From Hormiphora californensis (taxonomy: Eukaryota; Animalia; Ctenophora): a DNA stretch of 64,000 nucleotides. The notes under the pieces are model-generated. The model was not told where the DNA came from and did not search any database. It saw only the letters and a list, made by a program, of their open reading frames with translations. Of this stretch, positions 52,004-62,032 are shown one piece after another; the first letter of the stretch is position 1, and every line of letters starts with the position of its first letter. The position numbers and the translations under genes were made by a program. The stretch is from assembly GCA_020137815.1 (NCBI GenBank), contig CM035360.1, forward strand, positions 7,068,001 to 7,132,000. Reading direction: 5' to 3'.

Positions 52004-53010
52004 TTAGTGGAGCACAAGAGGAGATTTTCCCTCATAATACGTTCCCTTCAGCTTACTCCTAATTCCCACACCACCCAGAATATCAACCAGAACACCAGAG
52101 TTGTGTTTCCCCACGATATCTCTCCAACCACCCACAAACCTGCCTCCTGCCCACAGCTGGGGCATCCAGGTGCACCCACTAATCCTAATCAGAGTATCCT
52201 CTAACTCCTCATCACTCTGAAGATCCACCACCATGTACCCAGTTACACCTCGGGCAACACCGTGCAGTCGGAGCACCTCTGTGGGCTGCACGCTCATTTG
52301 GTGCTTGGGGTCAAACCGGGGGTCACCATCAGTAATGTAGATGACTTTGAACTCGGAGATCATATCTTGAAGGAGGGCAGTTCGGTCTGTACCCTTCGCT
52401 TCTACAATCTTATCTTGCCATTCCTTTATTTTAGCAAGAGCTGCATCTGTCTCCTCTTGGGGCTGAAGAAGAATGAAAATGTCAACATAGGGTACATCAT
52501 GATTAGTGGATATTGTTTAGACAACAGCAATCAAATCCCAGCACATCCCACTAGATGTCTAATTTTATGTTTTATTTCCCAATAAACAATATTTTTTATT
52601 TCCCAACATCTACCTGTGCACGTAGGATCTGGCTGTGGTAGGTTGGGTGAACAGATCGTAGGTTGATTGTTCCAGGCTCCAGGGAGGGCTGATACTCGTC
52701 ACTGTGTACACCTGTTGGAGAGGGAGTGCTAGGACTAGGAACTGAGATACAGACTAGCTACTGAGATAACAACAGCTGAGAGGAGGTAAATTTAGTAAAT
52801 CATCAGCCAAATTACCGGGTAGAGATGCAACATAGCGTTTCTCATCCTCTAATCATAGCCCTAACTTGCTTTCTCCGTTTGTACTCTAGTTCCCGTGTTA
52901 CTGCGATACTCTCGTATGTCCCAGGAGCACCGCCTGCCCCTGCCATTCCTCGGAGGGGTATCTGGAGGAGGGAAGCCACAGCTCCGAACCGCCTTACTGG
53001 CGTGCAACAT
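52004..53010 (-). CDS. Monothiol glutaredoxin (GLRX5)-like protein without the CGFS motif, probable mitochondrial presequence; three exons (~53010-52816, ~52711-52614, ~52463-52004)
   Basis: EVLRLHGV..Y..VDLQSDEELEDTLIRISGCTWMPQLWAGGRFVGGWRDIVGKHNSGVLVDILGGVGIRSKL parallels the GLRX5 C-terminal half. Exon 1 needs frame corrections. Confidence 0.7.
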
Positions 53011-53293
53011 CGCTAAGTAAGGGTGATACTATTGAAGTGGCGAGTAAAGTCGGATTATAACATAGTGAGTGTCCGGGTGACCCAGATCTTGAAGTCGAAT
53101 ATTTTGAAACTGTCCTTCCCCCGGTGTCCCGATTTTTTTTCACGCCTGGAATTTTCATTTTGGGAGCTCGTTTTGCTGCAGGAATTTTACTATTTGCTGC
53201 AGTCATGGATAGGGATTTTACCGTCCTAAAATACCCCGGCAGTCCCAGTACCCCTAACATTGGAGTATTTCCCTACTGCAGTCCCTATAAGGT

Positions 53294-53606
53294 TGGAATA
53301 TTCCTTGGAATATTCCATCTTTGCAGTGCCTGCTGCAGTGCTGCTGCAGTAGTGGAAATTCCTTGGAATATTCCATATTTGCAGTGCCTGCTGCAGTGCT
53401 GCTGCAGCAGTGGAAATTCCTTGGAATATTCCATCTTTGCAGTGCCTGCTGCAGTGCTGCTGCAGTAGTGGAAATTCCTTGGAATATTCCATCTTTGCAG
53501 TGCCTGCTGCAGTGCTGCTGCAGTAGTGGAAATTCCTTGGAATATTCCATCTCTGCAGTGCCTGCTGCAGTGCTGCTGCAGCAGTGGAAATTTCTTGGAA
53601 TATTCC
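53294..53606. repeat. 58-bp tandem repeat, ~5 copies, with palindromic GGAATATTCC and CTGCAG motifs
   Basis: Unit TTCCTTGGAATATTCCATCTTTGCAGTGCCTGCTGCAGTGCTGCTGCAGTAGTGGAAA; period 58 (53301, 53359, ...). Confidence 0.95.
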
Positions 53607-56487
53607 ACTCAGGGACTGCAACAGTGACTATAACGATCTCCCCCCTTTGTAAAGCTATGGGGAAAAAAAAGAGCTATGTTAAAGTATGAATCTCTCTTTT
53701 CTTCCCCTTCCCTGCTGCAGTGCTGCAGCGACTGCAGAGATGGAAAATTCCGAGAAAATTCCACTCAGGCACTGCAACAGGGACTATAACGATCTCACCC
53801 CTTTGTAAAGCTATGGGGAAAAAAGAGAGCTATGTTAAAGTATGAATCTCTCTTTTCTTTCCCCCTCCCCCTTACTCGACTGTTGTCGGTGCATTACGCA
53901 CAACTGGAACATGCCCCAACATATTCTATCTCTGTTACACACTGTTAACACTGCAGCACTGCTGTATCTCTGTGTGTAAGTATGGGAAATATCTTCTGCT
54001 GCTGCAGCAGCTGCTGCTGCAGTCCCCCATTATTTTTTCATTTTGCTGCAAGGATTTTGTTTTGCTGCAGAATTTTTGCATTTATCTTTCCTTCATATTC
54101 CAGAGATCGGGACACTGGGGTCCTTCCACCCTTGATTTGGCACATTTATACTTGAGATTTTACCTATCCCTGGTAAGATGCAGACTCCATATATTTGGAA
54201 GTTAAGTAGCAAGAACCTGAGATCTTCTTTCTAACCTCCAAATTTGAAGTCGCTATGTTAACAGGAGATTGATCTCTGTGACGTAAAAGACGGACAGTTT
54301 AAAAAAATCCGACTTTAACGCTTGGCAAACGTTGCTCTTGGCAAACGTTGCTGGCGGGATAAGGCAGCTCTTTTCAACTTTAAAGTTTAACGCGAACGTT
54401 TTTTTTCGTTCGCGTGTGTAATGTCCATTTTTTTTCAACTGTTCACCCCCCAAAGTCGTGCGCGGAATTGTTTTGCGCGTTTATCACATGTTAACGTGTA
54501 GCGCGTGCAGCGTAAATTAAAATATCGCACGCGCACGAGTTGAAGGGTGAACAGTTGAATAAAAATGGACTTTAAAGTCGGATTTTTTGAAACTGTCACC
54601 CCCCTGGGTATTTTCAAACTTCGTAAATGACCATAAATCCGGTTCCTGACGAGATAGAGACTTGAAATTTGGAGGTTACGAAGATCTTGCTAAGTTCTTC
54701 CGAACCTCCAAATTTCAAGTCTCTATCTTAATAATAATAATAATAATAATAATATCGAACATTTATATCCCGCTATCATGCGTTAAATATGATAGTCCAC
54801 TACTCGTATTACTCGAACTAATAGATATAACTAAAAGAACACCGAGATTATCGTTAAGACTCTCACCGCGTCTATAGCGGCCATCTCAAAGCCAGAGTAA
54901 AGCCATAAATAATGCTTACTATGATTAAATTGATTAAAGATAAATAATTAGAGTAAAAAGATGATTAGATAATGAAATAAGTTGATTGGTATAAAATAGA
55001 TGTAAATAAAAAGGGCTAAGTGAGGGACAATGTGCATGATAACAGTTTGAACTAAATAAAATATAAAAAGGGGGATGGTGGGAAAATGCGGTAAAGATAA
55101 GAAGGAGTTATAGAATAAATAAGACGCCCGTAGGACTGGGTGCATGAGTCAGGTTGAGATGATACAGTTAAAAAATAAAAATAAAAAGCATAGAAAATTG
55201 ATTAAAAAATTATTAAATTGATTGATTGATTGAGATTAAAATAGTATTATGATAACATAATATAGTGTGGTGAATTATGGATGATGCCTTGTCTTTGGGT
55301 CTTGCCTTTGGGTCTTGTCTTTAGATTCAGTTTAGGAGCATTATGGACAGGAAGGGTTTAGAATTCTAGTTTTCGTCCTCGGTGTTCCAGGCGCCTTTTT
55401 ACAATCAGGATAGGCGATTGCGAAAAGGTAAGACTTCAACATTGTCTTGAACATTTCGAGAGATGTCGCTTCTCTTAGATTCCTGGGCAGCTTGTTCCAT
55501 ATCTTAGGAGCACATACACTGAAAGCCTTTTGTGTACTAAGATATTTGTGGTCATGGCGTCTTTCCAATAGGGTCAGGTCCTCATCAAGACGAACTTTTC
55601 TGGTCTTTGGTTGTCTGCGTGTAATCATTTCTGAGAGATACTCAGGCATAAGTCCATGAAGACATTTGTAGACCAAGAGGCAGATTTTGAACTCGATTCT
55701 TTGCTCAACTGGCAAGAAGTGGAGTTTCATCCTCATCTCAGTAACACCACGTCTACCTTTTGAGCCATAGATGAATCTGGTAGCACTGTTCTGCACCTTT
55801 TGCAGTCTTTGTAGATCACGCTTTGAGAGTCCTACTAACAATGCATTACCAAAATCAAGCCTGGAATGGACAAGTGAATGAACAAGCTGAGTTTTTAGTT
55901 CCACAGAGAGTCCCTTCCTAATCCTCCACAGGTTCGCCAGCTGACTCCAACAAGACTGTATAACTCGGGATACGTGTGATGACATGGAGAGGGTTTGATC
56001 AAACCAGATTCCCAAATTACGAGCTTCTGTGCATGGTTCAGTCGGCTGATCATCGTTCTCTTGAAGAAGGATAGACATAGGGTTCGGTGTCTTATCAGCC
56101 TTGTTGTTGATAAAAAGCACCTCGGTTTTACCTGCATTCAGTTTCAGGTAGTTCGTCTTCATCCACCATTTAATGTGTTGCAGGCATTTTTGGACGTTCT
56201 CAAAGATACTGTCTTGGTCCTTTCTGTTGAAGCTAACATAGAGTTGGGTATCATCAGCATACATGTGAACTTGTAGGCCATATATACCTGCAATATCCTG
56301 GAGCTCTCGAGTATACATAATAAACAAGATCGGTCCGAGGATAGACCCTTGTGGCACTCCAATATCAATTTCGATTGATGGAGAGTTCTCTTCCCCAATA
56401 TTTACAGATGCCATTCTACCTGTAAGATAGGATCGAAACCATTCCAACGCAGTCAGTTTGATGCCATAGCTAATACGTAGTTTATCT

Positions 56488-57372
56488 CCCAGTGCGAACA
56501 TTGTACGAATTCGCGAATTTAGTTCGTTGCAAATTTTACCAAAAAGAAACACAAAAATTGCATTTCTTCATCTGTCCAGCAGGCCAGGGGGCACATGAGC
56601 ACCTAGCACTTGGTGGACCGTCTTGGACTAACCGGGGTGGAGCCCATGTATGGGGGTCACCATTCGGAATGTCACACGGTACACGCGAAGTTATCTAGCT
56701 CAAGTTAATACCAGGACACTATTTTGTAATTCCAGAATAGAAACTTTCCTTGTGTTTCAGTTGATGCGCACGCATATTCAACTATTTATGATTACTAATG
56801 AAGCCCAATATACCCAGCAAGGGCATGCATGGGCCATATTAATTCAGTACTTGGAATTATGAAGTATGAAATTTTACACAAACATTCTCTTGAGAGAGAA
56901 TTCTTCTTTATTCGTAGCACATGATAGTTGCAACTCGGTTGCAACAGAATTCTTCTCCCCCTGAACTCCACTCAAATCGATTTCTGCAACAAGTTGCTAT
57001 AGCAACTTGTTGCCATATATGGTTACTGCGTCAAATCGTGAACTGTGTACACACAGTAGTATAAATTTATGTGAATTCTCACTTTGACAAGCCCTCCATG
57101 GTCGCACGGTCTAACGCTCTGACACAAATTGAGTACTTGGCTCCATCATGAGTTCGAATCTCTGTGGCGACATTTTTTTTCAGAAATTTACATATTTTTT
57201 GTTTTGTTTTCTAACTTTCTTGTGCGACAGAACTGTAACAAGTAATAATTGAAACGTTAATTGGACAATAAAACGAACCCCCCTAAATGGTAATTTTGAC
57301 AAAAAATCGTTGACGCATAAATTTGACGAAAAATTCAGATTCGTTGCAGATTTTTACAATGTTCGCACTGGG
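56488..57372. mobile_element. 885-bp non-autonomous DNA transposon, TIR CCCAGTGCGAACATTGTA, 8-bp TSD GTTTATCT
   Basis: TSD at 56480-56487 and 57373-57380; inverted termini. Confidence 0.93.
57091..57180 (+). other. tRNA-derived Pol III promoter-like cassette inside the MITE
   Basis: A-box-like TGGTCGCACGGT, B-box GAGTTCGAATC, then a T run. The cloverleaf is not intact. Confidence 0.55.
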
Positions 57373-59286
57373 GTTTATCTAACAGGGTGGAATGCTTGAC
57401 GGTGTCAAAGGCCGCAGATAGGTCAAGCAGCAGAAGAATAACCTTTGATTTACTGTCCATAAGGAGAAGGATATCGTTGAATATCTTCAGCGTTGCTGTT
57501 TCACAGGAATGGTACCTCCGGTATGCTGATTGCTTAGCTGGTAGGAGCTTGTTTTCCTCTAGGTATTCGATCAGCTGTATTGATACACACTTTTCAACAA
57601 TTTTCGAGACAAAACTAAGGTTGCTTATTGGCCGGTAGCTGTTTAACTGTTCAGAGTCCAGATCTTTACCTTTAAACGATGGTCGAACAATGGCTTCTTT
57701 AAAGTCTTTTGGAAAAACACCTTTAGTGAGGCTATCGTTTACAATCCGAGATAGTGCAGGAATAAGCTCAGGAAGCGCCTCACTTACCATACTTGAAGGC
57801 ATTGGGTCCAGTGAACAGTGTTTCTTATTCATGTCACGGATAATTCTGACCAACTCCTCATCAGTTACTGGCCTGAACTTAGTAAGCGAAGATGTGCAAG
57901 CTGTTGGTGTAAGATGGGTGCTGGGCATCGGCACGTCTTCAGCTTCAATCTCAGAGTAAATTTTTGTTACCTTCGATTTAAAGAACTCGTTAAATCTGGT
58001 TGATAGTGGTATAGCATCCTTGTTTGATGGTAACGTTGACGGGGTCTTTTCCTTTCCAAGCAAGCTATTGACTACTCGATTCGTGGTTTTTGGATCACCT
58101 TTAAGTCCGTCAAGTTTTTTGCTAAAGAAGGTGACTCTGGCATTGCGAAGTACCTTAGACGCGAACTTACCGGTACTTTTCCAGCAGTGGAATTTCGTTG
58201 TAAGCTTCTTGGGGTCGGTCTTCTTTAATCGGGCAGATTTCCAGCGTCTCTCTGCTCCTCTCCTTTTTCGGCGAGCATGTTGGCATTCTCGTGTTCGTAT
58301 CCATTGAGGTTGGTCAGGATTCTTAATCTTCTTTTCTTCTTCAGGTGCAACATCATCCATAATTGATCGAAGAGTTGTGTTATATAACTTAACACATTTA
58401 TCTTGGTCAGTTGGTAGGATTTTAGCAAGTTTGGATGTTCGTATGAGGTCACGTAGATCCATTGGGTCAACTGCTTTGATATTCCTGCATTTTATCACCT
58501 GTTCATCTTCCTTCCTTTTTAGTGGTATACCTGCCATACATGTCACTAGATAATGGTCTGGTGCAGGAGGGACAGGATATGAATCTATGTCAGTAATTTC
58601 AATACCATCAGGAAGTCCCAGAAACATACTTGGTACCTGTTCCTCTGCCGATTCTTCAAGTCGGCTACAGAATGGGGTATTTATCAGATGAGCGGATGGA
58701 CATATTTCCTTTTCTTGGGTAAGGATCAGGTCCAGCGTCCCTTCTTTAACATGAGTCGGGCCTGTTATCTGATTTTTCCAACCAAACTGGTTCAGAAGTT
58801 CCTTGAATTTCCGGGCTTGGGGGTCCGTATCATTCTCAACATGGATGTTAAAATCTCCACATATCAGGCATCGTTCTTTCCTTTCCGCTAACTTCAGAAA
58901 CAGGTCCTCTAGTTCGTCTAAAAACATAGTAAACTGGCCTGAAGTCCCAGGACGATAAACAACAACTATTCGAGTGTTAGTGGGTTCCTTGAGCAGAACC
59001 TCGAGACATTCGAACTGTTTGAATTTGTGTGAGTATTTGCTCGTTTTTGTCCTCTTTCTGGTAATGATAGCTACACCACCTCCTCTGCCTTTGCGTGGCT
59101 GCGACACTATGTTGAAGCCTGCATCTTTGACAAGAGCACAGAGAGCACCATCGTCCTTTTTCATCCACGTTTCAGTAAGAGCAAAAATTTCCAAGTCTTC
59201 ATCCACTGCAAGTTCCAAGACATCAATTGCTTTGTTCCTTAGAGAGAAGCAGTTGAGTAGACCAAACTTCAGCCTTTTGGACACAG

Positions 59287-60258
59287 TTAGTTTTTTGATA
59301 GGTACTGGAGACGGATTGGGCAATGTGGGGCGGCGGCGTTGTGATCATGTGAACCTGCTTGAATGGATGGGTTAGATGATTTAGCACAGTTAGAACATTT
59401 GAAGCAAGATCTATCGCTCTTACTAGGGCACTCTTTTCCAATATGATTCTCAGAACACCGGAAACATGTTGGTTCACTCTCTCGACAATCAGCTGCTAAG
59501 TGTCCATAACGCTGACACTTATAACATTGCTTTACAAACACTCTCTCTTCTACATGGCAGTTATAACTGCCAACATGAATGGAACCCCTACTAAGAATCA
59601 GGTCGCCAAGGGGCTTACTGACCTTCAACCCAATAGTGGCTTCATTCACATTACGGTTATGTCTCTGAAACGAAACTACGGACATCTCTTCGCCATTTCC
59701 CATCATCTCGGCAATCATTGGGTTCAAATCAACTATCGAATCTAAAATCATTGTATCTGTCTCATCTCTATCGGTCACATGTACAGGGATAAACGATACA
59801 TCTGCTCCTCTAACAGAGAGTTTTGGTGCATGGACAAACTTCGTCACTCCAATATTCTCCGCTTTTACTTTCTCAGCTGCACTGTTCATTTCATTAGCAC
59901 TTTTGAACCAGTATTGTACAGATCCGTCACTTTGTTGTTTCCTATACTCTGTTGGGATCTTCTTGAAAATAGAGCTGGCCGTTTCGGTATCTTCTTCAGC
60001 GATTGTAAGCCTAGCTGGTGCTAGGTTCTTCTTTGCGACTTGGGAATAACTCACGTTTGGTTGTGCATCAGTAGCAGGCTTCGATTTAGGCTTCATTTGT
60101 TTGGAGATTTCTGCTGCAACTGTCACGGAAACGGTGGCCAGAATTTCATCTTGGAATTTCTTCAGGCGATCATCGAGAGTTGGCTCTAGTGCTAGGTTAC
60201 ACTGCTCTACTTCTTGGTAGCATCGGGGACACAACCAACACATTCCCCTTTTACTCAC
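59287..60258 (-). CDS. LINE ORF1 (partial PHD-like N-terminus, three CCHC-type zinc knuckles)
   Basis: WLCPRC; QCYKCQRYGHLAADC, CFRCSENHIGKEC, CSNC...H....C; ends SKN*. Confidence 0.9.
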   Translation of the reverse strand: MSKRGMCWLCPRCYQEVEQCNLALEPTLDDRLKKFQDEILATVSVTVAAEISKQMKPKSKPATDAQPNVSYSQVAKKNLAPARLTIAEEDTETASSIFKKIPTEYRKQQSDGSVQYWFKSANEMNSAAEKVKAENIGVTKFVHAPKLSVRGADVSFIPVHVTDRDETDTMILDSIVDLNPMIAEMMGNGEEMSVVSFQRHNRNVNEATIGLKVSKPLGDLILSRGSIHVGSYNCHVEERVFVKQCYKCQRYGHLAADCRESEPTCFRCSENHIGKECPSKSDRSCFKCSNCAKSSNPSIQAGSHDHNAAAPHCPIRLQYLSKN

Positions 60259-61192
60259 AGCTACTGTTTCGTCATCGGGATCTTCAGCTTTACATGATAC
60301 ATCTTAGGCACGTCACCTTCACTGCTGAACCGGAGATATGGCAAATTTTGTTATTTCAGGGGGTGACAGTTTCAAAAAATCCGACTTTATTGCCGATTTT
60401 TATTTCAATTTAGTTTCAAGAAAATGTTAAAGTGCGTTTCAAACGACTTGACCTGAGATTCCTGGAAATTCAGGATTTCCCCTTTGTAAATACACGCGCA
60501 ATGCGCCAAATTCCAAGAATTACGGGTCAAGTCGCTTGAAACGGACTTTAAATTGTGTGCTGCACTTTGAGTGAATTGAGCGCCGCGGCGAAAGAAGTTA
60601 CCGAAAACGCTGCAAATAAGGAGCCGCGCAGCATGGCACTGAATTGAATTCATTTTACAAAAAGTCAGAATTTTAAAATTTTTCGTCAAATTTTTTTTAA
60701 GACTGTTCGCCGTCCGCTTGAAAAGCGCTGCCTCATCCCGCGCTGCCAGCGGCGTTTGCCAAGCGGTCCGCCGTCCGGGCCAGCGTTAAAATCTGGGTGT
60801 TTGGTGAGTGCTGACAAACAGTTTTTTAGGGTTAGCCGTTAGGGCTAAAGTAGGGTTAGGCCTTGACATTTCCTACCAGATAAACTTTGAATTAGCCAAA
60901 ACGGTTAAGTGGTTTGGCGGTTAGAGCTATTTTAGTGAATCAACTTTTGGCAGTGTGCACCTGTAAACAGGCCACCAAACACCCAGATTGTAACGGCGCC
61001 CCGCCGTCCGTCCCTTTGGGCTTTAAGAAGTCAGAAGCGCCGTAGTATCCGTATTATTATCCGGCATTGTGGGTGACGTGGGGTCCTTAGCTTATGCCAA
61101 CTGCCCCTTCTCTTTTTAGAGACCATTATATCTGCTGTGTCTTGAATTTTGGACTTTGGTAGTACTGATTCTGCCCTTCTTCAGACCGAAAT

Positions 61193-61936
61193 ATGGAGAA
61201 TGAGGTGCTAGATGATCTATTTCCTTTTGATGATGAACTACTTACTGATGCCGCGGTGAAAAGACCCTCTTGCACGAAATGTGCCCGACCTGTACCACAG
61301 TGTGTTTGTCACAGTATTACTGAACGTCACGATACAGCCACTACTGTTATTGTCCTACAACACCCAGCAGAACAAAACAGACAACTCCGGACAGTTCCCC
61401 TTCTGCAGGCTGGGCTAGTGGAGGAGAGGTGTCAGGTCCATGTTGGAAAGCGATTTAAAAACCTAGATACCATAATCACACCACGAACTGCATTGTTATT
61501 TCCTGGTCGAGATGCGGTGAATTGTGGTGATGTAGACCGGGGAACTTATGACACTTTGATTTGCCTGGACGGTACCTGGCCCCAGGCACGCCGGTTATAC
61601 CAAAAGAATCCCGAACTGCAGAGATTACCTAAAGTTATGCTGGGTCCCTCTGATCGACGGAGTGTTTATCTGATCCATACTCAGCCTACTGACATGCATC
61701 TCAGTTCACTTGAATCAGTGGGTCGTGCCCTCGAACAGTTGGAAGGTTTAGAGGGGTTGGAAGAGCGGTTAGTCAGGCCTCTTAAAGAGATGGTTCGGAC
61801 TCAGTTCAAATTTGGAGCACTGGCTCATGGAACCCAAGCTGAGGCGAGAATAGTGAGAAAACAAGAAGTTAAACAGGGATGTAAAGATCTTACTGTGGCA
61901 CCTAAACTTCACGATTTTAATTATGATAGTTTTTAA
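61193..61936 (+). CDS. DTWD2: tRNA-uridine aminocarboxypropyltransferase 2 (DTW domain), intronless
   Basis: CTKCARP...CVC, VIVLQHPAE, LLFPG, LDGTW, LSSLES. Confidence 0.92.
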   Translation: MENEVLDDLFPFDDELLTDAAVKRPSCTKCARPVPQCVCHSITERHDTATTVIVLQHPAEQNRQLRTVPLLQAGLVEERCQVHVGKRFKNLDTIITPRTALLFPGRDAVNCGDVDRGTYDTLICLDGTWPQARRLYQKNPELQRLPKVMLGPSDRRSVYLIHTQPTDMHLSSLESVGRALEQLEGLEGLEERLVRPLKEMVRTQFKFGALAHGTQAEARIVRKQEVKQGCKDLTVAPKLHDFNYDSF

Positions 61937-62032
61937 TGTTTTATACTCCTTTTTACAATATCTCGCATTTAATCTTCCCTGTTTTATCTTTACCCAATTT
62001 AATTAATGATCAAATCTGATAACATTAGCAAG

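Larger units (their letters stand above)
55341..59323 (-). pseudogene. LINE ORF2 (APE endonuclease plus reverse transcriptase) split by a MITE at 56488-57372
   Basis: LTETW, GDFNIH, TLDLI, DHY (APE); YRPISNLSFVSKIVEK, LDLSAAFDTV, GVPQGSILGP, YADDTQLY (RT). Removing the MITE and one TSD copy restores ...HSTLLDKLRISYG... Confidence 0.93.
54729..60326 (-). mobile_element. L2/CR1-group non-LTR retrotransposon, near full length, inserted in a palindromic DINE-like repeat
   Basis: ORF1, ORF2 (APE-RT), 3' UTR and (ATT)n tail at ~54730-54753. Flanks 54570-54728 and 60327-60390 are inverted arms of a host repeat. Confidence 0.92.

Noticed and set aside
53124-53689. Cys-rich ORFs (CLLQCCCSSG)
   Set aside because: Derived from the 58-bp tandem repeat.
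57091-57180. Functional tRNA gene
   Set aside because: Acceptor and anticodon stems do not pair; only the A and B boxes are recognisable.
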